Assembly: GCA_037441385.1 (NCBI GenBank)
Contig: JBBISH010000014.1
Coordinates: 10,850 to 74,849 of the forward strand
Source of the DNA: Myxococcales bacterium
GTDB lineage: Bacteria > Myxococcota_A > UBA9042
Length of the DNA: 64,000 nt
Direction of reading: 5' to 3'
Made by a program: the position numbers and the translations under genes. The notes below the pieces were generated by a model. It searched no databases and had not been told where the DNA came from. It was given only the letters and a program-made list of their open reading frames with translations. This document shows, piece by piece, positions 9,026-17,763 of the stretch (the stretch's first letter is position 1; every line of letters starts with the position of its first letter).

Positions 9026-10618
9026 ATGTTGGCCACGAGACGGCCAGCGCTGCCAAGGCTGGAATTCTGCCGCCGCTTGGCTATAGTCGGCGTGCGTCAC
9101 TTGGCGCACCGCCGAGGCACCGTGGTTCAGCGCCGCAACTACGCCGAAGAGCGTCTGGCCGAGGAGCGGGCCCGCGTGGCCCTGCAAGCTGCGCGCGCCC
9201 GGCGGCTGTGGTGGACCGTGGCGACCGCGGGTCTGGTCATCGTGGCGGGCGTCGGCGCGGTGATGCTGCACTCCGTGGACCTGGGTCTGGGCAACGCGCT
9301 GAGAACGGCGCTGGCTGGCGTCGGCAACGGTAGCCTGCAAGACCGCCTGCCGCTGCAGGATTTACCGCCCCTGCCGCCACGGCCGCCGCGCGCCACGAGC
9401 GGGCCCGAGGCCTATCGCACCGGCCAACCGGACCCCAAGGTCAATCAAATCCCGCCCGATGTTCAGAAGTTGGCGACGGGTCCGGCCCTGCCCTACTTGC
9501 AGGCGGTGGCGCACTTCCTGTGCGACGGCGAGACAGACGAGTTCGCCAAGGTCAAACGCCTGCATGACTGGGTCGCCGCGAATATCGACTACGATGTGGA
9601 GGGGTTTCGCGGGCGAGCGCCCCGCCAGGCCACCATCGAAGACGTGATGCGCAGTCACCGCGCCGTGTGCCAGGGGTATGCTGCGGTTTTTGATGCGCTT
9701 TGTCAGGCGGTCGGCGTCGAAGAGCGCGTTGTGAGCGGGAGCGCGCGCTCGATGCCCGGCGACGTGTGGTTGGACAAACTGGGCCCCGATCAGCGTCACG
9801 CCTGGAATGCCGTGCGGATTCAAGGGACATGGCACCTGCTGGACGTGACGTGGGATGCCGGTGCGCTCCACGACGACGCGTACAAACGCAAATACGCTAC
9901 CGACTACTTGTTCTTGCCGCCCGAGGCATTCCTGTACAGCCACCTCCCCACCGTCCCCGCCGACCAACTGGTGGCCGAGCCGATCACCCTCGCTCAGTTC
10001 TTGGCGCGGCCGTTGCTGCGGGGTGAGTTCTTCACGGCCGGCCTAACCCTGGCCACGCCAGCGGAGCAGCTGACCGGCGAGAGTCGCTTGGAACTTCGGC
10101 ACTTCGACGATGTGCGCGTACGCGCCGATCTCGCCGACACGGCCGGCAAGCGCGCCTACGACGGCCAAAGCCTGGTCACGCTGGCGGCAAACGGCGTAGT
10201 GGTCCACGTGCGACCGGTACAAGCCGCGGCGACGCTGGTCGTCTATGCCGGACCGAGTGCAGAGAGTTCTGCCTCTGAAGTAGCCGAGTTCCGTGTCGCT
10301 GCTGGCACGGCGCCGCCGCGACCGCTGGTCGAGATGTCGACGACCTTGGCCAAGTTGCGCGGCCAGTTGGCCGAACCGCTGGAAGGCCGCCTGCCGACTG
10401 GTAAACCCGTGCCTTTCCGCCTCCGCGTGCCGGGAGTAGCAGCGGTGTCGGTCGAGTGTGGCGGCAAGTGGACCCCGCTCGCGCGCGAGGGGCAAAGCCA
10501 GGACTTTGCTGGCGAAGTCGAACTCGCGGCCGGGCCCGTCCGCGTGTATGCCCACGAAAAGGAAGGCGACCCCAACTGGACCGTGCTGGCCGAGTATGCG
10601 GCGGTGGCCGGTCTGTAG
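9026..10618 (+). CDS. Membrane-anchored transglutaminase-like protease (Cyk3/KY-peptidase type); start uncertain
   Basis: LHDWVAANIDYD, AVCQGYA (Cys), HAWNAV (His), LLDVTWDAG (Asp); N-terminal TM helix. Confidence 0.85.
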   Translation: MLATRRPALPRLEFCRRLAIVGVRHLAHRRGTVVQRRNYAEERLAEERARVALQAARARRLWWTVATAGLVIVAGVGAVMLHSVDLGLGNALRTALAGVGNGSLQDRLPLQDLPPLPPRPPRATSGPEAYRTGQPDPKVNQIPPDVQKLATGPALPYLQAVAHFLCDGETDEFAKVKRLHDWVAANIDYDVEGFRGRAPRQATIEDVMRSHRAVCQGYAAVFDALCQAVGVEERVVSGSARSMPGDVWLDKLGPDQRHAWNAVRIQGTWHLLDVTWDAGALHDDAYKRKYATDYLFLPPEAFLYSHLPTVPADQLVAEPITLAQFLARPLLRGEFFTAGLTLATPAEQLTGESRLELRHFDDVRVRADLADTAGKRAYDGQSLVTLAANGVVVHVRPVQAAATLVVYAGPSAESSASEVAEFRVAAGTAPPRPLVEMSTTLAKLRGQLAEPLEGRLPTGKPVPFRLRVPGVAAVSVECGGKWTPLAREGQSQDFAGEVELAAGPVRVYAHEKEGDPNWTVLAEYAAVAGL

Positions 10619-10634
10619 GGGCCACCTGGATCGA

Positions 10635-10917
10635 TTGGGGGGCATTTTCTACTCCCCAAAATCATTGAAGAACGGTCGCCCCGCGTCAGCGATGCTGGCC
10701 CCGCCAGGGGTGGCGGCGCCGACGAGGCGACGCCACCGCCGGGAGCAGGAGCTCGGGGTTTGGCGGGTCACCCCGTCGACCGGCGGCCGCAGCGCGACGG
10801 CCCGGCGCGGGTGCAGAAAATGCCGCCCAGCTTTCAGAAATTGCCCCCCAACCGGACTCGCGCCGGGCCGGGACGCCCAATTGCCTTTGAAAATGCAGGG
10901 TAGAAATTGCCCCCCAA
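10635..10917. repeat. Cluster of four motif-B copies between convergent genes
   Basis: Plus copy at 10636-10655; minus copies at 10814-10829, 10835-10851 and 10900-10917. The outer pair forms an imperfect inverted repeat. Confidence 0.7.
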
Positions 10918-10937
10918 CGTGACCGCCATGACCGTGG

Positions 10938-11810
10938 TCAGTCGAGGGTCTTCGGCCAGCTGTCCTTCAGCAGTTGCGCCAGCGCCCGGTCCGACAGCAG
11001 CCGCCCGCCAGTCTGGCAGCGCGCGCAGTAGTTGCACTCGTTGTCCGCGTACACGATGCGCTGCACCGGCGCCCCGCACACCGGGCAGGGCTGACCGAAC
11101 TTGCCGTGCACCGCCATCTCGGGCCGGAAGGCCGTGACGTGCTCGGGAAATCCGCCCGCCGCCTCGGCCGCCAGCCGGTCGCGCCACCGCAACAAGACCT
11201 CGCGCGCCTTTTGCCACAACCGCAGCAGCTCGGCGTCGCTCAGGTTGGCGGTGCGCTGCAGCGGCGACAGCTGGGCCGCGTGCAAGATCTCGTCGCTATA
11301 GGCGTTGCCGATCGCCGCGACCACCGCCGGATCGCACAGGGCCCGCTTGACGGTGCGCGGCGCCGCGCGAAGAACGCGGGCAAATTCCGCCGCATCCGTA
11401 GCAAACACGTCGATGCCGCCGCGGTCGTGGGCCAGCAGCGCCGCCCTGCCCGTCAGCACATGCAGCGACGCCTTGCGCTTCTTGCCCGATTCCGTCAGCC
11501 ACAAGCGGCCTTGCGCCACGTCCAGGTGCCACAGCGCGGTCTTGGCCAGCTTGCCCACGGGCGCCTGCCAGTGCAGTCGGCCCAGCACCATCAAGTGCAG
11601 CACCGCATACAGGTCGCCATCCAAGCCGAACACCAGGCGCTTGCCCAGCAACTCCACGCTCCGCACGGTCTTGCCCACCAGCTCGCTCAGCGGCGGCGCC
11701 ACGGTGCGCAGCAAGAACAGGTCCGGCGCCGCACATGCCACCACCCTCTGCCCCCCCAGCCGCTGCTGTAGCTGCTGGCGGTAAACGTCCAGGTCGGGCC
11801 ACTCAGGCAC
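10938..11810 (-). CDS. Fpg/Nei family DNA glycosylase
   Basis: N-terminal MPE, GKRL, HLMVLGRL, IGNAYSDEILH (H2TH) and C-terminal CPVC...CARCQ zinc finger. Confidence 0.9.
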   Translation of the reverse strand: MPEWPDLDVYRQQLQQRLGGQRVVACAAPDLFLLRTVAPPLSELVGKTVRSVELLGKRLVFGLDGDLYAVLHLMVLGRLHWQAPVGKLAKTALWHLDVAQGRLWLTESGKKRKASLHVLTGRAALLAHDRGGIDVFATDAAEFARVLRAAPRTVKRALCDPAVVAAIGNAYSDEILHAAQLSPLQRTANLSDAELLRLWQKAREVLLRWRDRLAAEAAGGFPEHVTAFRPEMAVHGKFGQPCPVCGAPVQRIVYADNECNYCARCQTGGRLLSDRALAQLLKDSWPKTLD

Positions 11811-11813
11811 AGC

Positions 11814-14800
11814 TTAGGCCTGCGGGCCGGGCGATTCCGGCTTCTTCTGCCGCCAAGCCAAGCCCAGCGACGTCGTCTCCAGCACCTTGGCCAGCGGGCT
11901 CTGGCCCAGCGGGTCGGCCAGGTGGTGCAGCAGCGCCGCAAAACTGCGCTTGGCCGCGTCGCGCTTGCGCGGGCGCTGGTGCAAGTCGGCCGGCAGCGGC
12001 GTACCCTGGGCGGCTTTGAGCGACTCCTCGGCCCCGCGCACCAAGAAGTGCAGGCGGTTGAACAGGTTGGCCTCACTCACGTTGTGGTCCATGTCGATGA
12101 ACAGCACGTTGATGGTGGGGTGCAACTCGCGCAGGCGCTTTTCGACCCCCTTGGCCACCACCTGGTTGGCGATGCAGCCAAACGGCTGAACACACAGGAT
12201 GTTGTCCGCGCCGCGCTGCGCCAGCTCCACCATCTCGCCGGTCAGCAGCCAGCCCTCGCCGTACTGGTTGCTCAGCGCCACGATGGGCCGCGCCGCCTCG
12301 GCCAGCTCGCGCGGACGCGACAGCGGCACGGCGTAGGGGTAGACCTCGAGCACCTTGTTGATCCGCTTGATCAAGCGGTCGGTCTGGTCGTCGAGCAGGT
12401 GCGAGGCCAGCCACTTGACGTCCAGCGGCGCCAGACCCAGCTCGGCGTCGGCCTGCAAGTTGATGACACTTTGGATAAAGAAGGTGGTCACGTTGGGTAC
12501 CACCGTTTCCACCCCGCGGTCGGCCAGCCACTTGACCACGCCGCCGTTGCCGTAGTCGCAGTATTTCACATAGATCTCGCCGACCATGCCGATCTTCGGG
12601 ATCGGCTCAGCGCGCGCCGGAATCGCCGCAAACGCCCGCGCCGCCTCGCCCAGCAGCGCCAGGGCCCGCCGATGCGAGCGCTCGCTCGTCTCCAGCCACT
12701 TGTCCACGTACTGCTTGGCCAGCCGACTCGCGGTGCCCTTCTCCAGCTCGCGGGGCAGCATGGTTCGCTCGAGCATGGCCAGCACGTCCGCGACCAGAAT
12801 CGAAAAAATTCCCCGCCCGGCAAAGCGCAGCCGATCCAGGACAAACCCGGGCTGGTGGTGCAGGTCCGAGTCGTCCATGTGCAGCGTCACCACCGGCACG
12901 TCGGTGTAGCCCGCAGAAATCAGGGCTTTCCCCAACAAGCTCGCGTAGCAACTGGCGCGGCACTGCCCGCCGGTCTGCGAGATAGCCACGCCCACGCGGT
13001 CGCCGTACTGGCCCGACTGCAGCGCCAGCAGCATGTCGCCCGCCACCAGGATCGCCGGATAGCAGACCTCGTTGTTCACGTACTTCAGCCCCAGCGCACG
13101 GCTTTCTTCGCTGGGCGGCGGCAGGATCTTCAACCGGTAGCCCTGATCGGCAAAGGCGTCTTCGGTGAACTTGTCCAGCATCGGGAACCAGCTGGGCCCC
13201 AGCAGCAGGCGGTCGCGGTCCGCATCCGTAAAAGGCGGAGGCGCCAGACGCACTTGCGGCTTGGGCGCGCGCAGGCCGCGGATCGCCAGCGTCTCGATCA
13301 GGGTCCGCAGGCGCAAGCGGATCGAGCCCGGACTCGCCGTCTCGTCCACGCGCACCACCGTCAGCTTCTTGCCGGCCTGCTTGAGGATCGCGCCCATCTC
13401 GTCGCTGGCCATCGCGTCCGGTCCGCAGCCAAACGAGTTGATTTGCACCACCTCGATGTGCTCGTGCTGCGCCGCGTAGCGCACCGCGTGGTACAGCCGG
13501 TTGGGAAACGCCCACTGCGTCAGCACTTGCAGGCCATCCAGCGGGCCGTCCGTCGGCACCATCTCGGTCGTGATGACGTCGACGCCCAGCTCGCTCAGCA
13601 TCTCGGGGATACCGTGGTTGATGTAGCGATCCAGGTGATACGGCCGCCCCGCCAGCAAAATCACCTGCCGCCCCGCCGCCTTGGCCGCCCGCACCAGCAT
13701 CTCGCCTTCGGCCTGTTGGGCCTTGCGCACCCACGCCAGTTCGTCCAGCCCCGCGTCCAGCGCGCGGGCAAACTGCGCCTTGTTCAGCTTGGGACCATCC
13801 AGCGCTTGCAGCGCACCCCACACGCCCTTGGCCAGCAACTCCTTGTTCGCAAAGGTCAGCACCGGCGCGTGCAGGTCGATGCCGTAGGTGCGCTTGGGAT
13901 CCATCGACGAGCGAATCACCTCGGGATACCCCGTGACGATCGGGCAGTTGAAGCTGGAAAGCGCTTGCCCTTCAGGCAGTTCGTACACCACCTGCGGGTA
14001 GAAGATCGCGTCGACCTTGCGCTCGACCAGGTCCAGCACGTGGCCGTGGACCATCTTGGCGGGCAGGCACAGGCTGTCGCTCATGATGGTGCCGATGCCC
14101 TTGTTGTACAGGCGCACCGTCGACGGCGCCGACACCTCGACCTGAAAGCCCAGCTCGGCCAGCAGCACCCGCCAAAATGGCAGACTTTCAAACAGGTTCA
14201 GCGCCCGCGGCAGCCCGATGGTCCGCACGCTGCCTTCGGCTTTGGGCGCGGGAGCGGGCGCCAGCACCAGCTCTTCGCGGCGCTTGGCCAGATTCACGCC
14301 GTGCGGCACCTGCTTGCCGCGGTTGCTCTGGATGCGCTCGCAGCGGTTGCCGCTGAAGTAAGTCCGCTTGCCGCCAAAGCGCAACCTTGTGATGTGGCAC
14401 AGGTTTTCGCAGCCCTGGCAGACAAAGTCGTTCTTGGTGCACAGGCCCACTTCGGCGCTGGCGCGCAGGTCCAAACCGGCGGAGTCGGCCGTGCGCTGCA
14501 ACTGCCCCAACGCAAAGTGATCCATCGCCACCAGCGCCGCGCCCCAGGCGCCGATGACGCCCGCGATGTCCGGGCACACCACCTTCTTGCCGCTCAGTAG
14601 CTCGAAAGCGCGCTGAATCGCCGGGTTCAGGAACGTGCCGCCCTGGACCACGATGGTCGGGCCCATCACGTCCATGTCGTGAATCCGCAGCACCTTTTCC
14701 AGGCAGTTGCGGATGACCGAATAAGCCAGCCCGGCGGCGATGTCGCCCACCGGCGCTCCCTCGCGCAGGAACTGCTTCACCCGCGAATTCATAAAGACCG

Positions 14801-16343
14801 TGCAGCGCGAGCCCAACTTGCACGGCGCCCGCGAGTCGCAGGCCTGCGCCGCGAATTCGGCCACGTTCATGCCCAGGACTTCGGCAAAGGTCTGCAAGAA
14901 GCTGCCGCAGCCCGACGAGCAGGCCTCGTTGATCTCGATCGACGCGATCTCGCCCTGATCGATGTACATCGCCTTCATGTCCTGGCCGCCGATGTCCAGG
15001 ACGAAGCTGACGTCGGGCGCCACTTCGCGGGCGGCGCGCAGGTGGGCGATGGTCTCGACCAGCCCAAGATCCAAGCCAAAAACGTTGCGGACCAGGTCCT
15101 CGCCGTAGCCGGTGGCGGCGCTGCCGACGATACGCGGCACGCTGCCGGCGTCTTCGAGTTGCTGGGCAAGCTGCCGCAGACCGCGCTGCACGGCGCCCAC
15201 CGGGTCACCGTGGTTGAAGGCGTAATTCTCAAGCGCAATACGACCTTGCTGATCGATCAGCACCATCTTGGTGGTCGTCGAGCCCGAGTCGATGCCCAAG
15301 AAGCACGGCTGACCGTGCAGGCTCTCCAGGCTGGCACGGTCGATCGTCTTGAAACGGCTCGCCTGCCACTGCTCTAGATGCGCGGCGCTTCGGAACAGCG
15401 GCGCTTCGCGGTTGCTGGCCAAGGCCAGGTCGACGACATCCGTGCTGAGCCGCTCGACCAACCCGCCCAACAGCACGCAGTGGCCGTCGCCTTCGGGCGA
15501 AAGGGCCGCGCCCAGCGCCGAAAACAGCTCGGCATGGTCCGAAACGACCACGTCGTCCGCGGTGAAGCCAAACCGCTCGACCGCTGCCTGCCGCAAGCTG
15601 GGCAGGAACGTCAACGGCCCGCCGCTCATCAGCAATTTCGCCCGCGGCGTGGTGGCGCGCGCCAACGCGTTCACCGTCTGCAGCGCCACCGCCTGCAGCA
15701 CCGAGGCCGCAATGTCGGCCTTGGGCACCGAGCGCGACAGCAGGTTCTGCACGTCGGTCTTGGCAAACACCCCGCAACGGCTGGCGATCGGCACGATGCG
15801 CTGGTGCTGGCGAGCCAGTTCTTCGATCTCGCTCACGCCCACGCCCAGCAACACCGCCATCTGGTCGATGAAGGCGCCGGTGCCGCCCGCGCAGCTGCCG
15901 TTCATGCGCATGTCGACGCGCCCGCGATCATCGAACAAAATCAGCTTGCTGTCTTCGCCGCCGATGTCGAGCAGCGTCTTGACCTGCGGGTACTGGGTGC
16001 GCACCACCTCCGCCGCCGCCACCACCTCTTGCACAAAGGGCAGGTCCAGCCGCTCGCACAGGCCCATGCCGGCCGAGCCGGTGACACAAACGGTCACGTT
16101 GGCGTTGCCCACCTGCTGCAGGGCCTCGCGCAAAATGGCCTGCAGCGTCTCGCGAATGCGGGCGTCGTGGCGGCGGTAGGCCGAAAACAGCGTAGTTGCG
16201 GGCGTTCCCGGCCCGTCCGGCTGGGCCACGACGACGACTTTGGCCGTAGTGGAGCCAAGGTCGATGCCGCAGCGCAGCAGCCCGGCGTCCGGCTGGGCGA
16301 ACCGCTCCGTGTCGGGCTCGAACAGCCCAGTGTCTTTCTTCAT
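11814..16343 (-). CDS. CoA-substrate-specific enzyme activase (two BadF/BadG/BcrA/BcrD ATPase domains + DUF2229 + dehydratase-like domain)
   Basis: GIDLGSTTAK / GIDSGSTTTK, DIGGED/DIGGQD, MNGSCAGGTG, INEACSSGCGS, SRCGVFA/SRCTVFM, FGCGPD and QPFGC motifs. Confidence 0.9.
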   Translation of the reverse strand: MKKDTGLFEPDTERFAQPDAGLLRCGIDLGSTTAKVVVVAQPDGPGTPATTLFSAYRRHDARIRETLQAILREALQQVGNANVTVCVTGSAGMGLCERLDLPFVQEVVAAAEVVRTQYPQVKTLLDIGGEDSKLILFDDRGRVDMRMNGSCAGGTGAFIDQMAVLLGVGVSEIEELARQHQRIVPIASRCGVFAKTDVQNLLSRSVPKADIAASVLQAVALQTVNALARATTPRAKLLMSGGPLTFLPSLRQAAVERFGFTADDVVVSDHAELFSALGAALSPEGDGHCVLLGGLVERLSTDVVDLALASNREAPLFRSAAHLEQWQASRFKTIDRASLESLHGQPCFLGIDSGSTTTKMVLIDQQGRIALENYAFNHGDPVGAVQRGLRQLAQQLEDAGSVPRIVGSAATGYGEDLVRNVFGLDLGLVETIAHLRAAREVAPDVSFVLDIGGQDMKAMYIDQGEIASIEINEACSSGCGSFLQTFAEVLGMNVAEFAAQACDSRAPCKLGSRCTVFMNSRVKQFLREGAPVGDIAAGLAYSVIRNCLEKVLRIHDMDVMGPTIVVQGGTFLNPAIQRAFELLSGKKVVCPDIAGVIGAWGAALVAMDHFALGQLQRTADSAGLDLRASAEVGLCTKNDFVCQGCENLCHITRLRFGGKRTYFSGNRCERIQSNRGKQVPHGVNLAKRREELVLAPAPAPKAEGSVRTIGLPRALNLFESLPFWRVLLAELGFQVEVSAPSTVRLYNKGIGTIMSDSLCLPAKMVHGHVLDLVERKVDAIFYPQVVYELPEGQALSSFNCPIVTGYPEVIRSSMDPKRTYGIDLHAPVLTFANKELLAKGVWGALQALDGPKLNKAQFARALDAGLDELAWVRKAQQAEGEMLVRAAKAAGRQVILLAGRPYHLDRYINHGIPEMLSELGVDVITTEMVPTDGPLDGLQVLTQWAFPNRLYHAVRYAAQHEHIEVVQINSFGCGPDAMASDEMGAILKQAGKKLTVVRVDETASPGSIRLRLRTLIETLAIRGLRAPKPQVRLAPPPFTDADRDRLLLGPSWFPMLDKFTEDAFADQGYRLKILPPPSEESRALGLKYVNNEVCYPAILVAGDMLLALQSGQYGDRVGVAISQTGGQCRASCYASLLGKALISAGYTDVPVVTLHMDDSDLHHQPGFVLDRLRFAGRGIFSILVADVLAMLERTMLPRELEKGTASRLAKQYVDKWLETSERSHRRALALLGEAARAFAAIPARAEPIPKIGMVGEIYVKYCDYGNGGVVKWLADRGVETVVPNVTTFFIQSVINLQADAELGLAPLDVKWLASHLLDDQTDRLIKRINKVLEVYPYAVPLSRPRELAEAARPIVALSNQYGEGWLLTGEMVELAQRGADNILCVQPFGCIANQVVAKGVEKRLRELHPTINVLFIDMDHNVSEANLFNRLHFLVRGAEESLKAAQGTPLPADLHQRPRKRDAAKRSFAALLHHLADPLGQSPLAKVLETTSLGLAWRQKKPESPGPQA

Positions 16344-16443
16344 GTGCTCGCTCGATTCCCAAGTCAGGCCAAAGCCCGTATCCCGCAGCGCATATTGAAC
16401 CGCGAAACGGTCTTCGAACGGTCACGAGATTGTCGTTGTTCTG

Positions 16444-17595
16444 TCACACAGCCGCATGGGACGAGCGCTGCCACAGCACCAGCCACGCACTTGCCAGCGC
16501 CGCCACCGCCGCGCCCAGCCCAAGTGCCGCCGGGGCGCCGTACTGCTGCCACAGCCAGCCGGCCAGCAGCCCCGCCGGCAAGGCCGCGATCCCAGTGGCA
16601 AAATGGTAGGCGCCATAGGCTTGGCCGCGCAGCTCGGCGGGCGCCAGCTCCTTGACCAGCGCCTTCTCGGCCGGCTCGCACAGCCCGTGGTACAGGCCAT
16701 ACACGGCAAAGATGCCAACGACGACCAGCAGGTCCGATGCCGCGGCAAACGCCAGATAGCACACGGCGTACACCAGCCAACCGGCCAAGACCATGCGCGT
16801 TTTGGGCACACGATCCGCCCAGGCGCCGCCCCAACGTGCCGACTGCACCTTGACCACGTGCAGGCCCGCCCACAGCACGGGCAGCCCCGCCGCCGGCGCC
16901 CCCAGCTCCTTGGCGCGCAAAAGCAGCAGGGCATCCGGGGAGTTACCCAGGGCGAACAGGCCAATGATCCACACGAAGCTGCGCAAGCGGCCCGGCAGCG
17001 GCTGATCGGGCACCGCTTGCACCGCCCTTGGCGTGGCCTCGGGTTCGTCGATGCGCATGGCCTCGATCACCGCGAAAGCGCTGGGGATGATCGTCAACGC
17101 AAAGATCGCCGGCAGCGACCAGCCCAACTGCAGCAGGCTGGCCGCCAGGAGCGGTCCGGCCACTGCGCCGGCGTGATCCATCGATCGCTGAAAGCCAAAA
17201 ACCCGACCTTCTTGTCCTTTGTGTGCGCAATCAGCCAGCAATGCGTCGCGCGGCGCGGTGCGAATGCCTTTGCCCACGCGGTCGGTCAGCCGAATCGCCA
17301 AGACGTGCCAAGGGGCTGACACCAAAGTCATCAGCGGCCGCACCAAGCTGGCCAGACCGTAGCCCGCCACCACCAACGGCTTGCGGCGCGGCAGCCGGTC
17401 CGACAGCCGACCCGAATAGCGCTTGAGCAAGCTGGCCAGGCCATCGGCGCCGCCTTCGATGAGCCCGATCCAGGTGGCGCCCGAGGTGCCCATGCTCGCC
17501 AGCAGGATCGGCAGCAGCGGGGCCATCATCTCGGCGCCCAGGTCGGTCCACAGCGACACCCAGCCCAGCCGCACCGCGTTCTTGGGCAGTTCCAT
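16444..17595 (-). CDS. MFS transporter
   Basis: About 12 TM segments; SGRLSDRL motif A, DRVGKGIRTAPRDALLA. Confidence 0.9.
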   Translation of the reverse strand: MELPKNAVRLGWVSLWTDLGAEMMAPLLPILLASMGTSGATWIGLIEGGADGLASLLKRYSGRLSDRLPRRKPLVVAGYGLASLVRPLMTLVSAPWHVLAIRLTDRVGKGIRTAPRDALLADCAHKGQEGRVFGFQRSMDHAGAVAGPLLAASLLQLGWSLPAIFALTIIPSAFAVIEAMRIDEPEATPRAVQAVPDQPLPGRLRSFVWIIGLFALGNSPDALLLLRAKELGAPAAGLPVLWAGLHVVKVQSARWGGAWADRVPKTRMVLAGWLVYAVCYLAFAAASDLLVVVGIFAVYGLYHGLCEPAEKALVKELAPAELRGQAYGAYHFATGIAALPAGLLAGWLWQQYGAPAALGLGAAVAALASAWLVLWQRSSHAAV

Positions 17596-17763
17596 TGGTT
17601 TTTCTGACTGCTCCACGCTGCTCGCCCTTGGTCGCACCGGCGCTCCCAGCGATGCTACGCCCAGACATGGGCGCCGACAAACCCAGCGCCCGGGACTCGG
17701 CCCCCGTATTGCGGTTTGCCCAGTGGCCCCTTACAGTGGCCGCGGTCGCAGCGCGAGGCGGAC

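Noticed and set aside
11922..14600. Long antisense ORFs (892 aa here; also 3876-6218, 7239-9056, 42182-44041 and others)
   Set aside because: Shadow ORFs expected opposite real genes in high-GC DNA; no recognisable motifs.
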